Assembly: GCA_963771075.1 (NCBI GenBank) | Contig: CAVYSE010000011.1 | Coordinates: forward strand, 192,001-256,000 | Source: a candidate division FCPU426 bacterium | Lineage (GTDB): Bacteria; Oederibacteriota; Muellerivitia; Muellerivitales; Muellerivitaceae | Reading direction: 5' to 3' | DNA length: 64,000 nt | Part shown: positions 50,049-59,879 of the stretch, piece by piece | Layout of the letters: each line of letters starts with the position of its first letter | Numbering within the stretch: the first letter of the stretch is position 1 | Notes under the pieces: model-generated | Seen by the model: only the letters and a program-made list of their open reading frames with translations | Told to the model about the DNA's origin: nothing | The model's database searches: none | Made by a program: the position numbers and the translations under genes

Positions 50049-50124
50049 TGGTGGAGATGAGCGGGATCGAACCGCCGACCTTCTCGTTGCGAACGAGACG
50101 CTCTCCCAACTGAGCTACATCCCC
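50049..50124 (-). tRNA. tRNA-Ala(CGC)
   Basis: GGGGATGTAGCTCAG..TTCGCAA..CATCTCCACCA; G3:U70. Confidence 0.97.
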
Positions 50125-50131
50125 ACTTTCG

Positions 50132-50614
50132 TCACTTTTGGGCCCGCAAAGTCCTGAAGAAGTCCTTGAGGACCCGCGAACATTCTTCATTTAATATACC
50201 ATCCGAGATTTGAACCCGGTGGTTCAATTTCCCATTGTCCATCACCTGGGCCGTACTGACCACCGCCCCCGCCTTGGGGTCGGCCGCGCCGAACACCAGC
50301 CTCCGGATTCTTGAAAGAACAATGGCCCCCGCGCACATCGTACAGGGCTCCAATGTTACGTATAAATCGCAGCCAGCCAACCGCCAGTTTTTCAACTTTC
50401 TTGAGGCCTTAGCCATTGCTCCCAATTCCGCGTGGGTCAAGACACTTTTGCGTTTCTCGGTCAGGTTATGTCCCCGGCCGATGATTTTACCCTCATATAC
50501 AACAATTGCCCCCACGGGCACCTCTCCCTTTTGGGCGGCTTTGTCCGCTTCTTTCAGGGCTTCCCGCATGAAGGACTCGTCGGAGGGGAGCAGTAGACAC
50601 CTCGAATGAATCAA
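50132..50614 (-). CDS. tadA: tRNA adenosine(34) deaminase
   Basis: GEVPVGA, HAE, LYVTLEPCTMCAGA, DPKAGA, LNH. Confidence 0.95.
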   Translation of the reverse strand: MIHSRCLLLPSDESFMREALKEADKAAQKGEVPVGAIVVYEGKIIGRGHNLTEKRKSVLTHAELGAMAKASRKLKNWRLAGCDLYVTLEPCTMCAGAIVLSRIRRLVFGAADPKAGAVVSTAQVMDNGKLNHRVQISDGILNEECSRVLKDFFRTLRAQK

Positions 50615-50730
50615 AGAAAAGTTTGGTGCGCGCCTATTTTCAATGGAGCGTCTTTAAAATGAACTGGTTGCCACGCCAATCCCATATCCATTTGCACCAG
50701 AATAAAATTTGATGCCCTTTGATATGAAAG

Positions 50731-50806
50731 TGGTGCGCCTGGAGGGACTCGAACCCCCAACCTACTGATCCGTAGTCAGTTGCTCTATCCATTGAGCCAC
50801 AGGCGC
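50731..50806 (-). tRNA. tRNA-Arg(ACG)
   Basis: GCGCCTGTGGCTCAATGG..CTACGGA..CAGGCGCACCA. Confidence 0.97.
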
Positions 50807-50899
50807 ATCGGTTTCTTGCCCGGAAGGCCGGGAAAGGACGAGTATATTACCCAAAACGGCTTTTTACCCGCAAGTTAAAAGGGTTTTCAAGAAGGGGAG

Positions 50900-51514
50900 C
50901 TATTTGTTCCAATAACCGGCCAACAAAAGGACACCCACCGAGAAAAAGGCCAGGGCAGCGACTTTGTGGAGATAATTCGGATTTAAAAGCTTACGGGCTC
51001 GATATCCAATCCAGATCATAAATGCGGAGCAGGCCCAAAGAGCCAGGGTGGAGGCGAGGAAGATCGTCCAAGTATCGCGCCATTTGGCGATCAAGGTTAC
51101 GGTGGCGAGTTGTGTCAGATCCCCCCACTCCGCGACAAAGATCACTAAAAAGGAGGCGGACACGGTTTTCCAGAATGTCTCTTGGTGGGCATACCTGGGA
51201 TTTTCATGGATTTCATCGTGGTGCCGCCAAACCACGTAGGCGAAGATCAAAAAGAGTATTCCGGCGCAGGTGTGAACCATGGCGGCTGGCAAGAGGCCGA
51301 TCATCCCGCCGAAGAATACCGCAACCAGGTTTTGAACGACATAGGCGCCCGCCACCCCCACAAAAACCCCAAAAGGTTTTTGGCGGCTGGCCAGGAGGAT
51401 AGTGGCCAGTGCGGTTTTATCCGGCAGTTCGGCGATAAATATAAGGCCGAAAGTGGAGGCGAAAAGGGCAAAGTTGATGGTGATATGGGTTAAAAATGGG
51501 AAATTCATCCGCAC
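50900..51514 (-). CDS. TMEM165/GDT1 (UPF0016) cation exporter; start uncertain
   Basis: AELPDKT and AEWGDLTQ motifs. Confidence 0.92.
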   Translation of the reverse strand: MRMNFPFLTHITINFALFASTFGLIFIAELPDKTALATILLASRQKPFGVFVGVAGAYVVQNLVAVFFGGMIGLLPAAMVHTCAGILFLIFAYVVWRHHDEIHENPRYAHQETFWKTVSASFLVIFVAEWGDLTQLATVTLIAKWRDTWTIFLASTLALWACSAFMIWIGYRARKLLNPNYLHKVAALAFFSVGVLLLAGYWNK

Positions 51515-51659
51515 AGCTTAATGGCAGCTAATAGTGGACGCAACAGGAAGTGGAGTTCCCAAAAGGGAATCACCATGGACCGGAATATTGGCAGGTTATA
51601 AACCGGTCATATAACTTTTAACACGAAGATGCGAAGATCCCAAGAAAAGCAAAGTTTTA

Positions 51660-51992
51660 TTATGCCCACTTTTTAAAGACAAAGAAGACGGCCACCACCA
51701 TGAAAGCGAACCCCACCAGGTAGTTCCACTTCAGGCTCTCCTTCAAGTAGAAGACCGAGAACCCGCAAAAGACGACCAGGGTGATGACTTCCTGGATCGT
51801 CTTGAGTTGGGCGGTGGTGAACTCATAGCTCCCAATGCGGTTGGCCGGCACCTGCAGGCAGTATTCGAAAAAGGCGATACCCCAGGACGCCAGGATGGCG
51901 ATCCAAAGGGGAGAGGTCCGGAACTTCAAGTGGCCGTACCAGGCGAAGGTCATGAAGATGTTGGAAAACAACAGTAAAATCACAGTGTGCAT
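51660..51992 (-). CDS. DUF486 DMT family protein
   Basis: SNIFMTFAWYGHL, SWGIAFFEYCLQVPANRIG, QLKTIQEVIT. Confidence 0.92.
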   Translation of the reverse strand: MHTVILLLFSNIFMTFAWYGHLKFRTSPLWIAILASWGIAFFEYCLQVPANRIGSYEFTTAQLKTIQEVITLVVFCGFSVFYLKESLKWNYLVGFAFMVVAVFFVFKKWA

Positions 51993-52143
51993 GGCGGTTC
52001 TCCTTAAGAATATAGCCAATTGAAAATAATCTTTTGCCTGACGGATCGCAACCATCATCCGGCTCCTGGTCGGATGGCTCCTTGAAGGCGTCCTTAAAAC
52101 GGCCTAAACTGTCGCTCCTTCAATAACAAACAAGGAAAAAACC

Positions 52144-55100
52144 ATGCCCCGGCCATTATTTTTGGATGCCCTCAAAGAAAAGGTCCTCATCTTCGACGGG
52201 GCCATGGGTACCAATCTTCAGGTCTACAACCTCACAAAAGAGGATTTCGGCGGAAAAGAAGGCCTGAACGATTACCTGGTGATTACCAAACCCCAAGTGG
52301 TCCGGGAAGTTCATGAGGGCTTTTTGAAGGTGGGGGTCGATTGCCTTGAAACGAACACCTTTGGGTCCAACCGCCTGAAACTGGCCGAGTATGGCCTGGC
52401 GGATCGGATCGTGGAGATCAACACCGCCGCCGTGAAACTGGCTCGTGAATTGGCGGACAAGTATTCCACCCCGGACCAGCCCCGCTTTGTCGTGGGCTCC
52501 CTTGGTCCCACGGGCATGCTTCCCGCTTCGGAAGACCCGGATTTGGGCAAGATTAGCGTTGATGAGTTGGAAGCCATCTACTACGAGCAGGCCTGCATCA
52601 TGATCGACGCGGGGGTAGACGCCCTTTTGGTCGAGACCAGCCAGGATATCCTCGAAATGCGCGCGGCGGTTTTTGGATGCCACCGGGCCCGTACAGAAAA
52701 GACATCCCCCGTCGGGTTGATGGCCCAGACCACCTTGGATACCACGGGCCGGATGCTCTTGGGCACCGACATCGGTTCGGTCCTTTCCACCTTCTCCCGC
52801 CTTCCTATAGACGTCATCGGCATGAACTGTTCCACCGGTCCCAAGGAAATGAAGGATTCGGTGCGGTACCTTTCCCAATATTCCGAGATACCCATTTCAA
52901 CCATCCCCAACGCGGGTCTTCCCGAAAACCGCGGCGGCCAGGCGGTTTACCCCCTCAAGCCCGAGGCTTTGGCCGCGGCCTTGAAGGAATTCGTTGAGGA
53001 ATATCGGGGTCAACGTGGTGGGGGGCTGCTGCGGCACCAGTCACGAACACCTGCGCCAGGTGGTGGCGACCCTCGGCAAACAAAAACCCCGCAAGCGGGA
53101 GATCACCCACGCCTGCAACGCTTCTTCCATGATCAAGTCCGTTTCCCTGGACCAGGACCCCAAGCCCCTTATCGTGGGCGAACGGGTGAACGCGCAAGGA
53201 TCGCGCAAGATCAAGCAACTGCTCCTTGCGGACGATTATGAGGGCATGGTGGCGGTGGGTCGGGGTCAGGCCGAAGGTGGGGCGCATGTGCTGGATGTTT
53301 GCGTGGCAGTGACCGAGAGGATCGACGAGAAGGACCAGATGATGAAGGTGGTCAAGAAGCTGGCCCTGGGGGTCGATACCCCGCTGATGATCGATTCCAC
53401 CGAATCGGAAGTCATCGAAGCGGCGTTGAAGATATATCCGGGCCGGGCCCTGATCAATTCCATCAACCTGGAAGGCGACGGCTCGCGCATCAAAAAGCTC
53501 TGCCCCCTGGCCAAGAAATACGGTTCCGCCCTGGTGGCCATGACCATCGACGACCTCTATTACGACAAGTCCAAGCCGCAGGAAAAGGGTATGGCGAAAA
53601 CAGCGGCCCGCAAGCTGGAAGTGGCCAAGAAGATCGCTGAAATCTGCCAAAACGAATACGGCATACCCGCCGAGGACCTGGTCTTTGACGCGCTCACTTT
53701 CACCCTCGCGACCGGCGAGGAAGAATTCAGGAATTCGGCGGTCGAAACGATGGAAGGAATCCGGGCCATCAAGCGGGAAATTCCGGGGGTGCGCACCATC
53801 CTGGGCCTCTCCAACGTTTCCTTCGGCTTGAGCAAGCCCGCCCGTGAGGTCTTGAACTCCGTGTTCCTTTACCACTGCGTGCAGGCGGGGCTGGATATGG
53901 CCATCCTGAACCCGGCGGACATCAAGCCCTACTCCTCCATCGCCGAGGAAGAACGAAAGATGGCGGATGACCTGGTATTCAACCGGGATCCCCAGGCTTT
54001 GGCCAAGTTCATCCAGCATTTCGCGGGCAAGGCCCCCTTGGAATCACAGGGCCCCGCCGATCCCACCGAAGGCATGAGCCCCGCCCGGAAGGTGCATTGG
54101 AAGATCGTCAACCGCAAGGGAGACAAGATCGAGGAAAACCTGGCTGAGGTGATGAAGGAAAAAACCGCGGTCGAAACGCTGAACACCGTGCTTTTGCCCG
54201 CCATGAAGGAAGTGGGGGACAAGTTCGGCGCAGGGGAATTGATTTTGCCCTTCGTGCTTCAGTCCGCCGAGGTCATGAAGAGGGCCGTGGCTTATGTGGA
54301 GCAATTCCTGGATAAATCGACCGCCACCACGAAGGGTACCGTGGTTTTGGCGACCGTCTATGGCGACGTGCACGACATTGGAAAAAACCTGGTAAGAACC
54401 ATCCTATCCAACAACGGATATACCGTGCACGACCTGGGAAAGCAGGTTCCCGTTTCAACCATTATCGCCAAGGCACAGGAAGTGAAGGCGGACGCCATCG
54501 GCTTGTCGGCCCTTCTGGTCGTCACTTCCAAACAGATGCCCATATGCGTGCAGGAACTTGAGAAGATGGGGGCCTCATTTCCGGTGGTGGTCGGCGGGGC
54601 CGCCATCAACCGCCGCTACGGATATCGCATCAGCTTCGTGGATGAGAAACTCTATGAGCCGGGAGTCTACTACGCCAAGGACGCCTTCGAGGGGCTGGAT
54701 ATCCTGAACGCCTTGTCGGATTTGGCCAGTCGGGAAACATTCCGCAACCGTGTTAAGGAAGAGGCCCTGAAATCGAAGGCTGCGGGCTTCGCCGAAATGA
54801 AGGTGATAGAGGGAGAGGCGACACCGGAAGAGTTCCCCCCGACGGTGAAGCCGGCTCTTTCAATCCCGAAGAACCCCTTCACGGGAACCTCCATCATCAA
54901 CAAGGTGCCCTTAAGGGAAGTCTGGCCCTATTTGGACCTGACCCAGCTCTACAAGCTTAATTGGGGCGTGAAGGGCAAGGATTCGGAAGAATATAAGAAG
55001 CTCATCAAGGACCAGTTCGAGCCCATGCGCCTCAAGATGCAGGATGAGATTTTGGTCAAGAATTGGTTCGAGCCCAAGCTGGTTTACGGATTCTTTTTGG

Positions 55101-55618
55101 CCAATTCCGAGGGGAATGACCTCGTTATATATGATGGAAAGGACCCGAAAAAGGAGCTGGAACGGTTCAAGTTTCCCCGCCAAAGGGTGGGAAGACATTT
55201 ATGCCTTTCCGATTATTTCAAATCCGCTTCATCGGGCGAAAAAGACGTGGTGGCGTTCCAAGTCGTCACCATCGGCAACAAGGCCACCGAAATCATCGAA
55301 CAATTAAACAAAGACGGGAAATACACCGACAGCTATTATCTGCATGGCCTGGCGGTCCAGACCGCGGAAGCCATGGCCGAATGGATTCACAGGCGTATCC
55401 GAAAAGAGTGGGACCTGCCGATTGGCCAGGGGAAGCGCTACTCGCCGGGTTACCCCGCCTGCCCCGAGCAATCGGACCAGGAAAAGTATTTCAGGTTGCT
55501 GGACGCCACCAAGGCCATCGGCATCACCCTGACGGAGGCCTTCATGATGGTGCCCGAGCAATCCACTAGCGCCATCGTGATCCACCATCCCGAGTGCGAG
55601 TATTTCGCGGTGAGGTAG
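52144..55618 (+). CDS. metH: B12-dependent methionine synthase, +1 frameshift near 53002-53006
   Basis: DGAMGT, MNCSTGP in ORF1; GGCCGT, GERVN, GDVHDIGKN, RYSPGYPACP in ORF2. Confidence 0.95.
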
Positions 55619-55627
55619 CGCTAGACA

Positions 55628-55669
55628 AGAAAAGACGCCCGATCCAGGGGACCGGGCGTCTTTTCTTTT
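55628..55669. terminator. bidirectional terminator
   Basis: AAGAAAAGACGCCCG..CGGGCGTCTTTTCTT between convergent genes. Confidence 0.88.
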
Positions 55670-55686
55670 GACTAGAAAAGCGGTTT

Positions 55687-56610
55687 TTAAAAAATCGAAA
55701 CGATCGACTTGAAGAGATCAATACCCTGCTTAACGCCGGGAGCCTTGGCGACGATGTTGATCACCGTCTTCACGGAAGACACCGTCGTCATAATGATGCC
55801 TTTCGCGGCCGTCCCCGCCGTGTCAATGATCTTGCCAGTGGTATATACCGCCCCTTCGACGTTGTTCAGGACGTCGGCCTCCACCTGGGCCGAGATCGAA
55901 TCATCCCTCTTCTCGTTCTCCTGCTCCAGGCTTGCGCCCTTGAGGTTATTTTGCTTCCTCAGCATGGCGATTTTTTCCTCGTGCTGCTGCTTTATCGCGG
56001 CCGCCTGGGACATGAGGGATTTATACCGGGCTTCCCTTCCGGCGTTGACGGGGTGGAAGCAATAACTGAAAGTGTCCGCGTGATCCGCTTGGAAGGAAGC
56101 GAAGTTGTCCTCCAGAACGGTGCTGCGGCCGGTCCTGTTCCATTCCACGCCGTTGGTGGCGTTCGCGACCTCGTGAAAGAGAATGATTTGGCCCTTGGTG
56201 TCCCTCAAGGCCAGGGTGATGTCAAAATCCATGTCCTTGAACTTGTCCAGGACGGAGCCCGAGAAGATATAAGTTCCATCCCGCTTGAAGGTCAAACTCA
56301 TTTCTCCCTTGACCGCGGCAAATTGGAAATGACGGGTAATGGAACCCGCCGCGGGCGGTTGCTTCACCAGGGGCCTCTCCTCGCCTGCCGGGGGCGGCTG
56401 GGTTACCTTGGGCCCCGCGTTATTGGCCGGCGGCGGCTGGACAACCTTGGGCCCCGCGTTGCCTACGGGCATCCCGCCCTGCGACGCGGATGACTTGTTC
56501 TCCTGGGGCGCGTTGCCTACTGGCATCTGGGCCTTCACCGGCTGAATCCACAGGGCTGAAACAGCCCCCGTTAACATCAAAACCCAAAACGTTTGTTTGA
56601 AATTAAACAT
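55687..56610 (-). CDS. secreted hypothetical protein with Pro-rich N-terminal repeats
   Basis: Signal peptide ending VKA; MPVGNA x2, NAGPKV.QPPPA x2; RBS GAGG. Confidence 0.75.
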   Translation of the reverse strand: MFNFKQTFWVLMLTGAVSALWIQPVKAQMPVGNAPQENKSSASQGGMPVGNAGPKVVQPPPANNAGPKVTQPPPAGEERPLVKQPPAAGSITRHFQFAAVKGEMSLTFKRDGTYIFSGSVLDKFKDMDFDITLALRDTKGQIILFHEVANATNGVEWNRTGRSTVLEDNFASFQADHADTFSYCFHPVNAGREARYKSLMSQAAAIKQQHEEKIAMLRKQNNLKGASLEQENEKRDDSISAQVEADVLNNVEGAVYTTGKIIDTAGTAAKGIIMTTVSSVKTVINIVAKAPGVKQGIDLFKSIVSIF

Positions 56611-56871
56611 AAATGCCTCTTTTAATTGATCGCTGGGGATTTTCAAGCGTCTTTCCCGAAAAGACCGCCGCAGTTTAAAACGAGATCCAATCGGCCTCCC
56701 CCGCCTATGGAAATCTTTCATATACAACAGTCTTATTCGCCCTTAGGCCTTCGCGCCAAGGCGAAGGACCGCCGTCCGACCAAAGCCGAATGGCGAGACA
56801 TGTTAATCCGGGAATGGCTTTTAAAGAGTTCAACGGCGAACATTTAACAATCATTTATTCTTGGAAAGAGG

Positions 56872-57032
56872 TGACCTGCCCCCCAAAAACTAGTCCACCT
56901 GAATGGGTATAATACCTCGAAAGGCAGACTGAAAAAGGGGGCTTTATGCCCAGAAAGAAACACAGTGCCGAGCAGATTATTTCGATTCTTTGTCAAGCCG
57001 AGGTTGATTTTTTTTCAACGCAATTCACTTAA
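56872..57032 (+). mobile_element. IS3-family left-end remnant with truncated orfA
   Basis: TGACCTGCCCCCCAAAAACTAGTCCA end; ATG 56946 gives MPRKKHSAEQIISILCQAEV then loses similarity. Confidence 0.75.
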
Positions 57033-57042
57033 GGAGGAGAAA

Positions 57043-57486
57043 ATGGTTGATCTTAATTCGATGATTCGTGATAACGAAAAAGAACGCGAGAGGCTCATCA
57101 AGCTCATGGCACGCCTCAAGGAAACGGAATTAAGAAAGCGGCTTCCCAACGGTTGGTCCGTTTCCGTGGCCTTGGCCCACCTGGCCTTTTGGGATTTTTA
57201 CCAGGTCAACACGCTTCAACGCTGGATCATGGAAGGCCGCAAACCCGATTCGACGGATTCCCTGATCGTGAACGATTCCTTGAGTCTTCTCTCCGAGGCG
57301 ATCCCATCCCCAACGGTTGTGAAATTCACCCAAGCGGCGGCGGAAATGGCGGACAAGCTGGTGGAAAAGTTGACCCAGGCCCAAGCGGATGAATTTCTGA
57401 AGGTGGGCTCGGAACGGTTGTTGCACCGCGCCCTGCACCGGCGGATGCACCTAGACAAGATCGAGCAAGCGCTCCAAGCGAAATAA
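57043..57486 (+). CDS. DinB/MDMPI-N superfamily protein
   Basis: GWSVSVALAHLAFWD and HRRMH; RBS AAGGAGG. Confidence 0.85.
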   Translation: MVDLNSMIRDNEKERERLIKLMARLKETELRKRLPNGWSVSVALAHLAFWDFYQVNTLQRWIMEGRKPDSTDSLIVNDSLSLLSEAIPSPTVVKFTQAAAEMADKLVEKLTQAQADEFLKVGSERLLHRALHRRMHLDKIEQALQAK

Positions 57487-57490
57487 AAGA

Positions 57491-59566
57491 TTATTTCGTG
57501 GTGGGAAAGGCAGTGACCCTCAGTTTCGTCGAACCATAAGGCACTAGTGCCAGGTTCACGGGTGGATTCGTACTGGTGACCGGGCTTTGGGGCGGTGGAA
57601 GCAGGGCCCCATGATCGAAATTCCATTCGATACTTTTCCCCTGCACCATGACCCGCGACGGGGCGCCTTCCAAAGTAAAGGGATTACCGGTTAGGGCGGC
57701 TCCAACAAAGGTGAGGTATTGATCCGGGTGGTTCGGGTCCAAGATGAGCGCGTAGTTCCAATTGCTTTGGGGTAGAACCATATAGTCGTTCTTTTTCATT
57801 CCCGGCGGCTGCTGCTTGAAGGGCATGAATACCTTCCACTCCTCCTTGAGGCCCAAACTGTAGACCAGGGGCCCATGTTCAACACTCAGTGAGTCGTTGT
57901 ATCCCTTGCGTACTTGAAAGTGCATGGGCAGGTGCAGGACAACCGTGTCATTCCCGCTCCAATGACGAGAAAGTTTGTTGAATGTTCCCGGGCCCAAGGT
58001 CCGCATATCCCCGCCCGGCAAATCCACCCGGGCCCCCTGGCACCAGGCGGGAACCCTTAAATAGAGTGGAAATTCCAACGGCTTTTCGGTGGTCACCTTA
58101 AAGGTCAAGGTCTCGCTGAAGGGATAGTCGGTGACCAGCTCGATATGGACGGGGATTCCCCCTATGTTGGCGGTCACTTGGCTGGGGGCGTAAGCGACTG
58201 CGGCCAAACCGTTGTCGGGTGTGGACATCCAAAGATGGGAGGTGAACTTGGGCCAGCCCTGGTGGAAATTGGCCAGGCAGCATCCGAACTGGGGTTCCAA
58301 CCCGAATAGATTGGCGTCGCCCCGGTTGGTCGTATAAACGGGTTCCGGGTAGTAAACGCAGGCAACCTGGTTGGATTGCTCGTCATATTGGTGCCCCCAG
58401 AAATCATGCGTGATGGCGGCGGGCAGGGCGTTGAAGGCGACTTTTTCCAGGCGGTCGGCGAATTTCACCTCGCCCGTCATGGACACCAGGTTTTCCATGG
58501 AAAACATGGTTTCCACGATGGCGCATAGTTCCGTGCCCTGCGAGGGGCTCAATCCAGCCAGGCACTCGTCGCCGCTCATCAATCCGTTAGGCTCGCCGTG
58601 GTATCGGTCCAGGTTTTCGAGTTCATGGTCGGTCGACTTCTTAAAATAGCGTTCGCCCGTCAACCGATAGAGCAGGGCGGGAGTCTTGAGCCCCATGGCG
58701 TTGTTCACCACGTGCCCCAGCCAGTTCCAGCGGGGGGAACGGTCTTTTACCGGCAGGTTGTCGAAATGGCTGGCCCAGTTGTAACCCTTGCTGGCCACCT
58801 TGCGCTCGAAATCCAAAAGCCAGATTTCGCCGGTTTGGTCGAAAAGCCAATTGATGGTCAAGGCCAGGTCGCCCCATCGGAAGAAATTCCAGGCGTAAAG
58901 CTCCTGCCCATTCACCTGGCCGTTTTTATCCATTTGGGCGCTGATGGCTTGCATGTCCCTTTCCATGGCGGGAATGATCCGGGGGTCGCCCGTGGCTTCC
59001 GAATATTGGGCCAAGACCTTCAATATGACGAATTGAGGCCAGGGATCGCGGGGGGGAGGCGCCTCGCCATGGCTTCCGAAGGGGGGAGGGCTGTTTTCAG
59101 GTCCCAGCCAACCATCTTTCAGCTGGTGTTTGAGGATATAGTCGATCCAGCGGGCCGCTTTTTGTTTGAGCTTCTCATCGCCGGTCAGAAAGGCAAGGGG
59201 AACCATTCCATCCAACCAGTAGGGAGCCCTTTCCCAACCCTCGTATTTGCCGCCGATCCAACCGCTGCCTTTCACGTCAGGCCAAAACTCGTCCAGATGC
59301 CCGGTCAACCCGGAGGCCTGAAGCTTCAATTGGTCCAAGAGCCAGCCCTCGGGTTTGATGGTAGTTAATGGAAGGGGCCGGAATACCAGTGGATCTAGGG
59401 CGGTCATGTGGTACAAGGCCCTGTTTTCCTCGGCACGATGGAATAGGGCCCAAGCTAATATGCCGGAAACCACTAGGATCAATAAGATAAGAGGGAACAT
59501 CAAGGATCTGGGTTTGGTGGGGGATGGGGGAATGGGCGATTGGGGAGCGGGGTTGGTTTCGGCCAT
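57491..59566 (-). CDS. GH127/GH146-like beta-L-arabinofuranosidase, membrane-anchored
   Basis: IKPEGWL, WERAPYWLDG, HVVN, GDE, TELC..VE, GCCLAN, TDYPF, LRVPAW, GPLVY. Confidence 0.88.
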   Translation of the reverse strand: MAETNPAPQSPIPPSPTKPRSLMFPLILLILVVSGILAWALFHRAEENRALYHMTALDPLVFRPLPLTTIKPEGWLLDQLKLQASGLTGHLDEFWPDVKGSGWIGGKYEGWERAPYWLDGMVPLAFLTGDEKLKQKAARWIDYILKHQLKDGWLGPENSPPPFGSHGEAPPPRDPWPQFVILKVLAQYSEATGDPRIIPAMERDMQAISAQMDKNGQVNGQELYAWNFFRWGDLALTINWLFDQTGEIWLLDFERKVASKGYNWASHFDNLPVKDRSPRWNWLGHVVNNAMGLKTPALLYRLTGERYFKKSTDHELENLDRYHGEPNGLMSGDECLAGLSPSQGTELCAIVETMFSMENLVSMTGEVKFADRLEKVAFNALPAAITHDFWGHQYDEQSNQVACVYYPEPVYTTNRGDANLFGLEPQFGCCLANFHQGWPKFTSHLWMSTPDNGLAAVAYAPSQVTANIGGIPVHIELVTDYPFSETLTFKVTTEKPLEFPLYLRVPAWCQGARVDLPGGDMRTLGPGTFNKLSRHWSGNDTVVLHLPMHFQVRKGYNDSLSVEHGPLVYSLGLKEEWKVFMPFKQQPPGMKKNDYMVLPQSNWNYALILDPNHPDQYLTFVGAALTGNPFTLEGAPSRVMVQGKSIEWNFDHGALLPPPQSPVTSTNPPVNLALVPYGSTKLRVTAFPTTK

Positions 59567-59750
59567 GGATTCCTCTGTAGGGTTAGGTCTGTTATTTATA
59601 AACGATTATTTGTGTGTCTGGGGTATTTAAAAGAGCCATTTTTCACAGAAAACATGACCCTTTCATATTTGCCACAATAGAAATCCCCTAATTCGTTTAA
59701 CCCCATTCGGATATATTTTTCTAGAAAAGCTAAAGCTGGCGGCAATAGAA

Positions 59751-59829
59751 TTAAACGCTACCCTTTTTCAAATCCAACAAAGCGTTTATTCCCACCGCAT
59801 TTGAAACCGGTTTAATAAAAGCGCTTTCG
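59751..59829. promoter_or_regulatory. cluster of LacI-family-like sites
   Basis: TTAAACGCTACC, CAAAGCGTTTAT, TGAAACCGGTTTAA, AAAAGCGCTTTC. Confidence 0.55.
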
Positions 59830-59879
59830 CTTGGATTATGGGGATTGAACAGACCGCCTGCAAGCGGTAAGGAAAATTA

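Noticed and set aside
50624..50631. TGGTGCGC matching the tRNA-Arg 3' end
   Set aside because: Only 8 bp; too short to call an att site
51515..51660. yybP-ykoY Mn riboswitch upstream of the GDT1 gene
   Set aside because: Could not find the conserved core by eye; needs an Rfam scan
52020..52143. SAM, SAH or cobalamin riboswitch before metH
   Set aside because: Only a short hairpin; no consensus recognised
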